From the NCBI GenBank assembly GCA_004764695.1, contig SMSO01000036.1:2046001-2110000 (forward strand): a stretch of 64,000 nt of DNA, given 5' to 3'. A program made the translations under genes and the position numbers. The notes beneath the pieces are model-generated. The model did no database searches. It was not told the DNA's origin and saw only the letters and a program-made list of their open reading frames with translations. Below, piece by piece: positions 1 through 12,100 of this stretch. Numbering within the stretch: position 1 is the stretch's first letter; each line of letters begins with the position of its first letter. Origin of the DNA: Schizochytrium sp. TIO01 (Eukaryota > Protista > Bigyra: Labyrinthulomycetes).

Positions 1-1
1 G

Positions 2-2195
2 TCAAACATTTTGAGCTATGCAGAGGCAGTGGCTTTAGGGAGTAGTATTGATTCCCCTGAGGCTGCAAATACTAGTGGTGGTCAAAGCCCCCCCCCGAGC
101 CTCAACCAGGACGAGCATGAGCACCAAGAAGAGCAAGTTGAGGTACCTGCGAGCCCGGGTAGTAGTGCTGACTACGCTTCTGCTACTAGCGAGCATGTTC
201 CATCAGGCGATGATGATGATGATGATGATCATGAACGACCACGACCACGACGACGAGAGTGCCAACGATGTCCAAGGGGACCTCCATATGGAGAATGGTG
301 TCAACGTTGTAGAAGGAGGCCACAGAGGAGCGGAGGATGAGATCGACGTCTCCAATAGCGTTGAACATGTACCTAAGAATGGAAGTACAATCAACACTGA
401 TGAACCAAGCTTTACCGATTCTGGCGAAAGCAATGTGCCGATATCAGAGGCTAATGCGCCAGGTCAAAACATCGAAGAAGGACATACAGTTTCGCCTGAT
501 AATGATCACAGAAACACTGTTGTACTTAAACCTGAGCACGAGCACGTTGAAGAAAATGCCTCCCCGGCAGTCGACAACGGAAACATCTCTAGCGTAAAGG
601 CACAGGAGCAATCCAAACCACTTGCCTCTTCAGCACCACCTTTACCTGCTCGGGATAGTGAGGAAGAAGGCAATTTAGTTAACTTTGCTAGCCTTCCCGT
701 GGAGTCAGAGTCGAAGGTTGCAGTTCCTGATGTTGTACCAACTGTAGATGCCACTATGGAAGCAGATATGGAAGATGCCCCACGCATTCCGGAAGACGAT
801 GATGAAGCTGAACACGTGCATATTCAAGGTGACAACATCATGCAGAGCGATATTTTTGGCAATATTAATGCCAGTGAAGCAAGCAGGTCTGGGCCTGTCT
901 ATAGTGGATCAGCGCCAGAAAATAACGAAGGCCATACCGGCGCATCTGTGGTCTCAGGTGGTATCAGTGAGGAAGATGCTACAACTAGCTCTGTTTTTCA
1001 GTTTGATTCAGCTAAGCCATGGTATATGTTTGGAAGAGGTACTGTAGATACGTCAGGAGCCTCAGGTGCACCGGCTTGGGAACCAGATGCTTCGAAGTCT
1101 GAGTGTACTTTATGCCGGAGTAAATTTGACTTTTTCCGTCGCAGACATCACTGTCGCATGGATGGCAAAATTTATTGTAAGAACTGTTGTAATCAGTTTC
1201 GGCTCTTGCCTGCACAATTCGGTGTTCGTGAGCCTCAACGTGTATGCAATACCTGCTGCACGAAGTTGGACCCACTTCAAGATGAGCTTGCAGCGACTAT
1301 TAGCAATGCAACAAGAGAGCTTGGTCGCTCAGGTGGCAGCGCTGCTAGTGGCAATTGCGCACCAGGAGCGCATATGGGTAGTGCAAGTAGCACTACCAGT
1401 GATGAGTCAACTCAACACTCGCAGTCATCTAGCTTGTCTTCTCCAGGTGCTCTCTTGGGAGGTAGGGTAAACATTTCCTCACCTGTGAGTTTTTCAATGT
1501 CAGCAGAAATAATGAAAGCAGCAAATGCTGTAGATAATTTCTTTGGAACTTCTCAGCAGTCTATGTTGCGGGATGAATATATTCCTGCAATGTTGCTGAA
1601 GCAGGCCAAGGGGATTGCTTTCTTAACTGTTGTCAAGATGGGTTTCGTTGTGACTACACGCTTTGGCACTGGCCTTGTGGTTGGTCGAGACCGGCATGGA
1701 TCATGGACTGCTCCTAGCGCTATCGGTCTAGCTGGTTTTGGATGGGGTGCACAAATGGGGGGCGAAGTTACAGATTTTGTAATTATTCTCAATACAGAAA
1801 GTGCAGTTGATGCTTTTAGTGGGAACAGCCAGGTTGCCTTGGGATCCCAATTGAGCCTCGCCGCTGGTCCACTCGGTCGGACTGGAGAAGCTTCTGTAAA
1901 TGTAAGCATGGGTGGCGAGAGCCGTATTGCCCCTTCTTATACGTACTCCCAGTCGAAGGGCCTCTTTGTAGGTATCAGTCTTGAAGGTGCTGTCATCCGA
2001 GCTCGCGCGGATGTGAATGAGCGCTTTTATGGAAAGCACTATGACCCGAAGGATATTCTTGGAACTCGAGTACCTCGCCCCAAGGCTGCAGAGCCCTTGT
2101 ATGAGGCTTTACAGCGGGCGTGTGAAAGAGACACCTCGGCCGGTAACGCATCTCCTATGGGCGTGACGCGTGCACCACTCATGGACGAGATCTAA
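2..2195 (+). CDS. FYVE zinc finger + SYLF/Ysc84 domain protein with a long acidic disordered N-terminus; 5' end lies upstream of the window; one apparent frameshift near 231
   Basis: FYVE signature WEPD...CTLC...RRRHHCR...C..CC...RVCNTC (~1075-1260). SYLF motifs AKGIAFLTVVKMGF, GTGLVV, WTAPSAIG, GWGAQMGGE.TDFVIILN, YSQSKGLFVGISLEG (~1600-2100). The frame open from nt 2 reads as acidic low-complexity protein (..SGDDDDDDDH) and continues naturally as NDHDHDDES in the +1 frame. Confidence 0.9.
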
Positions 2196-2919
2196 TATTG
2201 TGTATTGGGCGGTAGAGGCACTAGCATTTTACATTCTAGATTTTGCACATGTTTGTCTACCGGCAAGCACAATTCATTTCGTGTCCATGCATTGAATACC
2301 CTATCGTGACCATGACTCCACATTGGATTCGCTCTTTACAATAACAGGGAGGTTGAAGCTCCTCTGCTTTTTAGCGCTCCTAAGGTTGTATGGAAACTCT
2401 CTTGTAGTCTTCCATTGATAATGACCAGGAATATGCGATTTTGGTGTCTCTAGCCCTAGTTAATGAGAACTCCTCGCTTTCATCAAAACAATTCTGCTTG
2501 CACACAACGCTTGGAAGTTTAAGCTGCGAATTGGCGTACTACCGGCTTGTATTTCAAGGAATCTTTTCTTGCCGCCTCCAAACTCTGCAAACCAATTCTA
2601 CACTTTCCCTTACTCCATTCTTTATACATAGATATTTTCAAGACACTGAATTCGATGCTCAGTCGTGTCTTCTGATTAAAAGCATGGATTAATCGTCGAA
2701 TTATCTTCTATCGTAAAAATTAAATTTATGCTATTTGCTGTTTTAACACGAAGATATTCTGTTGCGTAAGCCACATAGATCTGATCATCTTCGATTTCAA
2801 ATTTAAACCTTGGAAGATGGGGATGAATGTGGTGAGAAAATTATGGGTCTATGTGTACAGTTTGGTTATTCATTACAGTTTTTTTTTGCGAGGTCATGAA
2901 GAATTCCTTTTCAGTCTTT

Positions 2920-5246
2920 TTATGAGCAGATTTTTGTACGTAAACTTGTGTGAATGTCTATTTCCTGTAATATAATTTTTTCTGCAGCTCGAACTCGGAT
3001 CCATTCATCCTTACTACAACGCGGCCACCAAGATGGTCCACTTGACACTATTTTCCAAGCTTTATCCATTTTCTCTACTTCTTCAGCACGTAAGGCAGCT
3101 AATTTTTCCGAAACCCGAAGGACTGGTTTTCCATCTACCAAGACGCGACGAGTAGCCTGTCTCGGAGTCACTGGTCGATTCTCTATAGGAACTGCAATTA
3201 TAAAAGGGTTCATCCGCAGTGGCATAAGATCACCATACCACTGATGGAGCTCTGGGATTTCGTCAAGATAATCCAAATGGGTAAGCATACGGACAAGGAC
3301 ATTGCCTCCACCCCATATGAATGGGTAAGTCTTGGGGTGGTGGTCAGGATTATTTGACGCGGCCAAATCATTTCTTGCTTGACGCCACTGAGTAATTCCT
3401 TCCACCAATGAACATGTTGCAAGGCGTAACTCAAAAATGAGCTTGGTAGTTTGGTCATATGCGTGGTTTCGAGCTGCATGTGTACTCACAGTGCGATAAG
3501 CATGTGTATTGTCTGTGACTACTTGTCGTAGGCTTTCGTGAAGCTTTGTGTAAAGAATCACACGCTTGATTGTGGTTTGGAGCTTTCGATCGACTTGATC
3601 TTGTAGTCTTTCACGTCGAAGTTTTTCACTAAGCGTCTCATTAGCAGGAGCTTCTCTTGAGTTGGGGATTTGTCGCTCCTCGTCAGAATATCGCACATCA
3701 TATTCGTTAGAGGGGGGTTGACGATTATGCGATTTGCGAGAAGGCCTCTTTCTGTGATGAGGTTCCAATCGCGATCTTTGTGGTTTTGTAGTCACCCATT
3801 GCGGCTTGGGCGCAGGCCCTGTAACCTTTTCCAATCGACGGCTTTCTGCTGCAGGTTTCAAAGGAGTTTTCCACCGGATTGGAGGGCTTCTGCTGCTTCG
3901 GGGGCCGTCAAGCGATTTTGGGTGCGAAGATTGTAAAGTTCTTTCCCAAGTTTCATTTCGTGGTGCACCAGGCCGTCGATGAGATCATCCATGGAATAAC
4001 TCCCTTTGGCTACAAGTTCCTGTAGCGATTCCCGGACATACTCATTAGCTTTGTCGAGCGGATTTCCTACATTTACCCCGTCTATGATTTCTACTTCCTT
4101 CTCAACGAAGTGTTTATTCTGTTGACCAGAAGGCTTATCTGCAATGCCTGGTGTAGATTGACTATACTCTTCATAGGTACAAATACTGGAGTTAGACTCT
4201 TGTCTCTGGGGAGGTGGTGGTTCATTTGTGTTTTTAGGTCTTCCATAGGACGAGTGTTCAATATTTGTATTCTCAAGTTTCTTTTTATGCTCAGCCTCTG
4301 GAGCTGCTGATTCTTGATGTAGAAATTCCTCCAAGTCATCCTCGTATTCAGCTTGAAGGCGGTCAGCAAGCTCAGAGTAAATAGGCAAAGCATCCTGTAA
4401 AGGGGCTGCAGCGTTTAAAATTGCAGTGTGAGAGCCTAATTTAAAGTCTGGACTTTGGGAAATCTTGAACTTGGACATTCCCATATCGCGAAGTGTATTC
4501 GCTCGGAAGAACATTGATTGAACCTGTGTATTGTTCATTCTGGGGGGCTTAGTCAAGAGCTTGCGACGCTTGTCCTCTATCAAGGCTTCTTCTTCAGCTC
4601 GCTGCCTTGCAATAAAATCCTCCTCAGGCGTGTCTGGCCTACGCTTTATGAAGGCCTCGTGGCCCCTCGTATGCAGTATTTGATCAACTGCTTCGCGCCA
4701 TAAGCCATGACGAACCATATCTGCATCTAATTTAAGATCTAGTCCGGGGGGTGGAAGCATATCCTTAGCTTTGTCGAGAAGCACTGGGTCGCTCAAATAG
4801 AACATAGCCTTTTCATGGGCCTGAAAAATATGATCAAAATGCTCAGAGTGGCGTCGAAGATACACCACACAAAGGGCAAGGGTCCATTTCCAGTGTGTGA
4901 TGCCATCGGGAGGATCTGGTATACCATGGCCACTGCCTAATATTTCTTTAATTCGTTCATTATTCACAGGCCATTTACCATCGCTTTCTTGAAAGCTTGT
5001 GAGCTCCAAAAGTTCTGGAGGTACACCTGCCACTTGATCTGCTCGCACCTTTTGTTCAGCCTGCCGTATTTTGATCAGCTCATCGTTTCGAATAGATTGA
5101 AGAGATTTTTCTGGGTGTTTGACACTCAAGTATCCGTCTTTGAGTGCCCTTCGGACCTGCCTGGAGCGAGTAAAAGCTTTGTTGAATACTTCAAACTCTT
5201 GGAGTTGTCTTGAACGGCGCTCCCGCTGCCGTTGCGTCAAGTACAT
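2920..5246 (-). CDS. Hypothetical protein, ~775 aa if ORFs 3858-5246 and 2920-3861 are joined by a 1-nt correction
   Basis: The two long ORFs overlap by 4 nt and the second has no ATG start. Adding one A in GGAAAAC (~3867-3870) gives ...SGGKTPLKPAAES... The N-terminal part LTSFQESDGKW...WTLALCVVYL...EKAMFYL resembles the VWA5A/PARP4 C-terminal helical motif. The C-terminal part has a globular-looking block RLATCSLVEGITQWR...PFIWGGGNVLVRM...NPF. Confidence 0.7.
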
Positions 5247-5515
5247 GGGCGTTGTCTCGATGTAGTGTCATGCAGGCCGGCTGCCAAGCATTTTGCGCGC
5301 TCTCGAGAATGTTTTTCAGCTAGAGTACCCCTCGTCTGTGAAGAGGTTCATCAGCTTTACGGCGTCCTGAAAATTGTTCTCGTTGTTCAACGGCTTAATT
5401 TGGTAAATATCCACAGTATAAAATCTGTTTTACCTATTTCTCCTTCCATTGGTACGCCAGTAGCTAGCTAGCTAGCGAGCTAGCTATATTACCTAGTTTT
5501 GAGAAGGAGCATGTA

Positions 5516-5568
5516 AACCTTGGAGCACTTCGCGGTCCAACCTTGGAGCACTTCGCGGTCCAACCTTG
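5516..5568. repeat. Perfect 23-bp tandem duplication (2.3 copies)
   Basis: aaccttggagcacttcgcggtcc twice, then aaccttg; about 270 bp upstream of the ATG at 5246. Confidence 0.9.
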
Positions 5569-8500
5569 AAATCGGTAGATATGTATCGATTGGTATGCCC
5601 TGAGACATCGAAACCTTCTTCCTCTGTATCAGCCATAATTCCTCATTGATAATTAATTACCAGCCAACCTTTTCCCAGTTGATTCTAAACTGCAGATTTA
5701 AGCAAATGCGCCATTTACCCACGGACGTACTTCTAATTTACTCGCAAACGTGCTCTTAAGTTTCAAAGCAGTACATTCTTTGATCCTACTACTATGTCAC
5801 AGCTGAGAGTTTGTATAGGAACATGGGTTTTCAACCAAAGGAAAAAGAAAAAAGAAAAAAGAAAAAAGAAAAAACATTACAGTATACATGTTATATAACA
5901 ATATCCATGTCTCTACTAGAGTTCATCATTTTTTAAATAAAAGTTTTTAACAATTTAAATTTTACAAAAGAAAAGAAACGAGATAGGGGAAGAACTTTTT
6001 TAAAATGCTGTTAAAAAAGCCTGCCTAACTGTGGAGCATGGCAGCTCTCGTTTAATAACGCGGTCAAAAGCCGCAGTTACCAGTGCTCTGCCGATGCACG
6101 AGCCGAAGGCTGCACTTCCTCGTCGTGCTCACAAACACACGAACGAAAGTCAAGAAACTGCTTGTTTTGCCACGTGAAGGAGTCTGAGGGACCTCTTTCC
6201 CAGCACCTTAGCCTGACCTGGTCCACTCGAGTTCTCTGCTTTTGCAATGCTGATTGGCCGCCTTTTTAATTAATTAATTAACTCCCTTCCTGTCATTCTT
6301 TCATTCTAAACAATACAATCTTTCTCCAGCAAGAAGAAGGAGGTTTCAAGAATCAAATCATAATCAGAAGGAGAGGATAACAAAGAACCTCTCGGAGACG
6401 ATGGGTTCTTGCGAAACTTCTCTAAACGATAGCGACGAACTCCTCTCGAAACAGGACGCCGACTGCTACTCACTGCTACGCGCCACTACCGAGGCGAGGC
6501 GCTTCCGGTGGCCCCCAGAACTACAGCTCAACACATCGCTCGATCGACCCTTCGATCCTCTGCCCAAAGCTTGTGCCCCAACGCGAAGGCAGCGAGCGAG
6601 CTTCCGGGCCTGCTAGCTAGCGAGGTAGCAGCTGGCGAGGCACCGCCGCTCTCGACATGCGTAGCGAGCGAGGCTGGCTGGCTGGCTGCGTACGGCAGGC
6701 TAGGGCCCGGGTTCTCGGGTTCTCGGAGGACCTGCTCTGGCGCAGCGCAGTCCTTTGGGCTGCTGCAGTCGCGGCTGTTTGTTGGAGAGCTAAGAACCGA
6801 TTGCCATCTAGCTTCGAGGCCTCTTGTGTGAGAAGCAGGCAGGCAGGCAAGCAGGCAAGCAGGCAAGCGAGCAAGCCCGCCTTCTTCACGCAGAGCAGAG
6901 AAGAGCTGAGAGACTGCAGCGCCACCTCTGCCCGTGCCCGTGCCTGTGCCTGTGCCTGTGCCTCGGTCCGCGAGGCCTCGGGGCTCCTGTTGTCTGTCAA
7001 CTGTGCTCGCTTCTCCTTCGCTTTGCCATCGCGATTCATCGAAAGACAGAGCAGCAAAGCAAACCTTAAGAAAGAAGTAAAAACAACAGACTAACACAGG
7101 AAAGAAAGAAAAGGAAAGGAAGGAAAAGAAATACATGAATGGAGGCTCTTATTATTTTTATAATTAAAAGAGAAAAGAAGAGGGTTTAGGCCTCAGCGAC
7201 CTACTAGGTCGGTACTACGTCCCTCCCGTAGGTGTAAGAAATCGAAAGGAGTTAACCAACAAAACAAAGGTCTCAGGGGGTCCACAGACATCGCTAGCTA
7301 GCTACTCTCCCGCGGAGCTCGAAAGGGCCAGCCAGTCGGCCTCCGAGCCAGTGACGTCAGAGAAATAAACCAAAGAAAGTCGAGCAGGAGGAGCTTCGAG
7401 GTATTCTTCATTCGTTGATTTATCTATTCATTGATCCCTTCGTTGACAGAACTTCTAAAATATTCAACTTAGCGAAAGCCCAAGCCACTACAATCACGCA
7501 TTACTTGGTTCTAACATACATAGGCAGAGATTTCTCAGCCAGAGGGGCTCTTCAACATCAGCTCTTTTACGACTTGACTATTTGCTATTCGTAGAAAAAT
7601 CATCACTCAAGTCAATATAAATATACAAAAGGCCCGGAGATTAAAGAGGTCGATCGACTGAATCGTTCTCTATCTTTAGCGGAGGCTAAGCTCGATGGCA
7701 ATTCGCCGTCGCGGAACTCGAACTCGAGTAAAAAAGCCTATTATCCTGCTCAAAAGACCAACTTATAAAAAAGGCTCACTGGCATGCTTTAAAAGTTCGC
7801 ACTTAACAGCGGATGAGTCAAAAGATAGAAAGAAAGAAAGAATTACAAGACAAGACAAGCAAGCCAAGCAGGTCAAGCATCAAAATTTCATTGGCAGGGG
7901 GCGTTACAAAGTCCTCCAGGTCTTGTCGTTTTGCAAATTTGTAGTGCCCGGCAAATTTAACATGTCAACATGAGCCGAGAAGCAAATTCAAGGGGCAGCA
8001 GATTCTGAAAACTAAAGGAACTTCATTGTTTTCTAATTGTCAATAAACCAGAGGTTAGTTTTATCTTTGTTAAAATTCTCTCGTATGCACAATCTACCGT
8101 CATAGACGATAGCTGTAGTACTGACTAGGCAACGCACTTGCCATCGAAGGATGGTGAGTTCTTCCCAACCTTCTAGCTCAGATTCCCTCCGAGTTCTTGT
8201 TTTGCGAGAGTTAGTCAGCCACAAGACAAATGAACTTGAACGAAATGAGCTTCTAGACAGTGCTACTGCTTCGTATGTTTCTTCTAGCCTGCGGGTGAAA
8301 GAAAAATAAATCGCGTTCGTTACCTTGCATTGAAAATTGAAAAAAGAAAATGTACTGGTGGACATGGTTGTCTTTTCACTTCTAAAAGCGAACAGCCATC
8401 GATCAGTAATTCCCTATAATTAAGGTGGTAGCCCAGCTTTCTTGCTTTTCTACATCCAGGATACCTACCAGAACAGGTATTTGGCTCTGCACACGTAGGC

Positions 8501-8749
8501 ATTAAAATTCAAAGTAGCATGATTTTTCATTTCACTTATTCAAGGAAAATCTTCACTTATTTTTATCCATGATAGATAGTTATGTTCATTTCTAATAAGA
8601 CTTTTTTTAACATTGCCAAACGTATTAACTAGCCCCCCATGAAAGCTTCTACTTGAGGCGGGCTCAGAGGTTTCTCCCCTCCATCAAGAAGGCGAGAGGG
8701 TATACAGCAATTATACACAAAGGCGTTTTGTGTAGATAGCCACTCACCC

Positions 8750-9125
8750 AATCTTTCTCTGTGTCTCCATGTTCCTCTCTCTACCCCTCTGCATTTTCCC
8801 CCCTCTGTCTCTCCTCTCCTCTCCTCTCTCACTACCTCTATCTGTCTCTCTGCCTCCCCCTCTCCCTCACTCCCCTACTAAACTTTCACCTCAAAATCTC
8901 CCCCCATTTCCCTCTCTCCGCACTGGCACTATTATTCCCTGTTTCACTCTCTTCCCCTCTCAGGCTCTCACTCCCTCATTCCCACTCTGCTCCACTGCCT
9001 TGCTCTCCGCTCCCTCACCAACTCTCCCTCTCCCCCTCTCACATACTTGTTCATCAATCTCCCTCACAAAGCTCCTGAGTGCACAACTCAAAGCAGTCTC
9101 CCTCTCCTCTCTCCGCTCCTTGTCA
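8750..9125. repeat. C/T-rich low-complexity tract
   Basis: About 370 bp dominated by ctc/ccc/tct on the + strand with very few G. Confidence 0.75.
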
Positions 9126-12100
9126 AAACAGGGCCTTCGATCAACGATCACTCGCCAAAGCAGAGGCGCTTACTTACTTCCTCCTACACCTCTCGGAAGT
9201 TACTGCTACAGCAGCTGTTACCGTTTGTGGGGGGAGGGGGGCTTCGCGCCTGTGTGGGACTTCAGAGTGCAAACGAGGCCGCCCCTGTGTGGTCTGTGAG
9301 GCCTGCCGGGGCTTCTCGCAGCGCCTCGAATGGGGAGACAGGCGCCAGCCAGTACCTAGCTAGGTGTCTGCGCATTTGCTTACTCCCTGGAATCCGGTAG
9401 GGCCGCTCTCCCGATTCTCTCGAATGGAGAACCTTCTCGATCGAAAGCGTTGTTTCTTTCAGGGTGCCTGTTTCCTGTTAAGCTAAAAGAAAGAAAAAAG
9501 TTCTCTTCTTACGATCATGATAATAGTTTTTATGATCAGGTTTATGTTTATCATCATTATTATTATTATTAAGATGAAAATGAAAAGTAAAAGGAAAGCG
9601 CGCTTGTTTAGAGCAGTTGACGAATTCAATGTGAGGGGTTTCGCTGAGCGAGGCCGACTTTACTTAGATAAGAAAGGTCTTTAAGTAAAGCAACGACGCA
9701 AAGCAAAGGGTGGTAATGGCGAGAAAGAGGCCTCTAAGAGTCTTGATGCAGAAGCCTTCGAAGAAAAGGCCGCAGGGGGGCCTAGTTAACGAAGAGCAGC
9801 GCGTTCGTGGAGAAAGAAGACAACGGCAAACCAAGGCTTCAAGAGTTTTCTACAAGATAGTTTTCTTCACAGGGAGTCCTCGAGCGAGTCACCGTTTACT
9901 TGCTTTGCTGGCAACCGTGACGGCTTTGACTCTCAGGCTTGTGGCGAAGAGCGTTGTTGATCACTGTATTTGATGAGCAAGGAAAGCCAAAAATGGATCT
10001 ATATCCTTTGTAAAAGTAAAAGAACAAAAGTAAAAAAATAAATAAAATTATTAAAATTATTATTAAAATAATATTTAAATTGTTTAAAAATCAGAAACCT
10101 CAGTAGTAGGAATAGTAGTAATGGTGGAGAAGGATTAGACTTGAAAGAAGGGACATATGGCGAACAAACGCAAAGCTGATAGCTAACACAGAGAGGAAAG
10201 CCAATAAGCAAAGCGTGACCTTGGATCATCAGAGTATAACAAGAGACCAACCAATCATGTGGAGAAGCGGATTGCGCAGGTCTCTGGCGTGGCGTTTTCC
10301 AATAGGAACGATCATGCTCGATGCAAAATCCATTGGACAAAGTGCTACTACACTCACTGGGTCGAAAGAAGGGCGGCTCTGAATTGGCACTGCGGGGTGT
10401 TTCGAGGAGGCTTGCAAAGAAAATGCCAAGTAAGAATACAGAAAAAAAATCGAGGTCAAAAGAGGTAAAACCCGCACATGGTGCAGCGACGGCGATGCCA
10501 AGACAGCTTTACTTGCTAGATGAGAGCAGAGAACCTCGTAAGAACAGCAAGTGCGGAGATAACTGCAGAGTTATGTGGTTTATGTTACAAAGGTGGAGGT
10601 GACCTCGCTCAAGTCTTTGGTATATACTGGTACTCGTTTACCTTTTTGTTTACTTCGGTACTCATATTTACTTATATACTACTTACTTTTACTTGCATAC
10701 TTGAAGAAGGAGAGAAGGGCGGCAAAAGACATTTAAACAACCTTAATGGCAGTCTTGTTGATTGAAACGAGGACAGGAGAAATCCTCAGCGCAATAGTCT
10801 GCAAAATTTCAAGCGAAGCTGTGAGTGAGGTCAGCAGTGGCAGTGGAGGCGAGACAGTGGAGGCTGAAGAAATGAAGGAACTTTGCTTAGCAAGTAAGTA
10901 CCTCCTCTCTACCGACCGACCGACTAAGAAGCGAAACCTAAGGCTCTCTCTGGGTGTATAATTTTAAAAACAGAATAAAGAGAAATAATAGTAATAATGG
11001 AAGCCAAAAAAAGTAAACAATCGGCTACCAAATCGAAAAAAGCTGAATGTAGGATTCACTCTATATGTGTATACCTATGCCAAACTTCGATGTGTGTAAC
11101 GATTTTCGATTCGTGGTGTCGGAAAGGCTAGGCAATGAAGTTAAGGTCGAGGTGCGGAGCTCTAAACCAATAAAATGGCTCACGGGGTATTTCAGGTTTC
11201 TCCACTGTGGCAAAAGGAAGAACAATATTTTGCGTCTCCAGATATTAAATGCATATTTATTCAAAAAAGAAGCAAATGGATACTTTCACGAGCACCTGTT
11301 TTGATATTTTCTTCTTTCCTCGTTCCTGCTCACCCACTCACCACGATTTAATTAATCTAAGCTATATAGGCTTTAAAGCTCATTAAAAAACTTACTCGGT
11401 CATTTTTTTTAGGTCACCACGGTAAAGGTGGATCGATTTTCTATTTATTTCTTTTCCTTCTTTTAGATGAATTAAAATCGTAGGTAGTAGTAATCATGCG
11501 GAGACGAGATAAAATAATACATAAACTATTATTATTTTCGGTGGGGGAGGGGGGTGAAATTTCTGTTTGCAAGCGTTGTAATTGTACTATAAGCATAAGT
11601 GGGTGATGCCACGACTCCCTAGCCTTTCTCCTAACGCTGGCCGTTTTCTCCAAGGGCAACGCTTCGAGCAATACAACATCTTGAGCTTATTCTTTCGCGA
11701 GACACACAGCCTCCAATGCAATACCAACAGAGGGCAGTGGTAAATGTACATAATTTTGGTGAAGTTTCAACTTTGACGATTCTATTTTCCACCACAAAGC
11801 CTAAGGACCAACTTCTAAGGGAAGTTCGACACTAATAATGATTTCTTGTCTAGTAAGCTTGAAAACCTGTTTCTATGGGTATATAATACCTCTCTCTGCG
11901 ATTTTTTTTTTTTTTTAAACCTTAAAACGTGAATGAAGGACAAAGAAAGGATAAGTTGAAATTAATTTTTGTACTAGCTAGACTAATAAATATATTTACT
12001 TGCAACTTTGAAAGCGTGCGAGAGAAGCATCGTTGCTCTTATTTTAAAATAAAAATCGAATGATAACAATATATTTAAGCTGTATGAGATAGTTTTTCGT

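Noticed and set aside
3855-3880. Programmed -1 frameshift or translational coupling at the 4-nt ORF overlap
   Set aside because: No canonical X XXY YYZ heptamer in frame, and the similar GGAAAA site at 27291 needs the opposite shift, so a homopolymer error is more parsimonious.
5516-5568. 23-bp direct repeat as a CRISPR array or LTR/TSD
   Set aside because: The copies are adjacent with no spacer, the context is eukaryotic, and no cas or transposase gene is present.
6401-7136. Overlapping 70-200 aa ORFs in a GC-rich island
   Set aside because: Low-complexity repeats (gcaa/gcag, tgcctg), no protein motif, and ORFs open on both strands as expected for GC-rich DNA.
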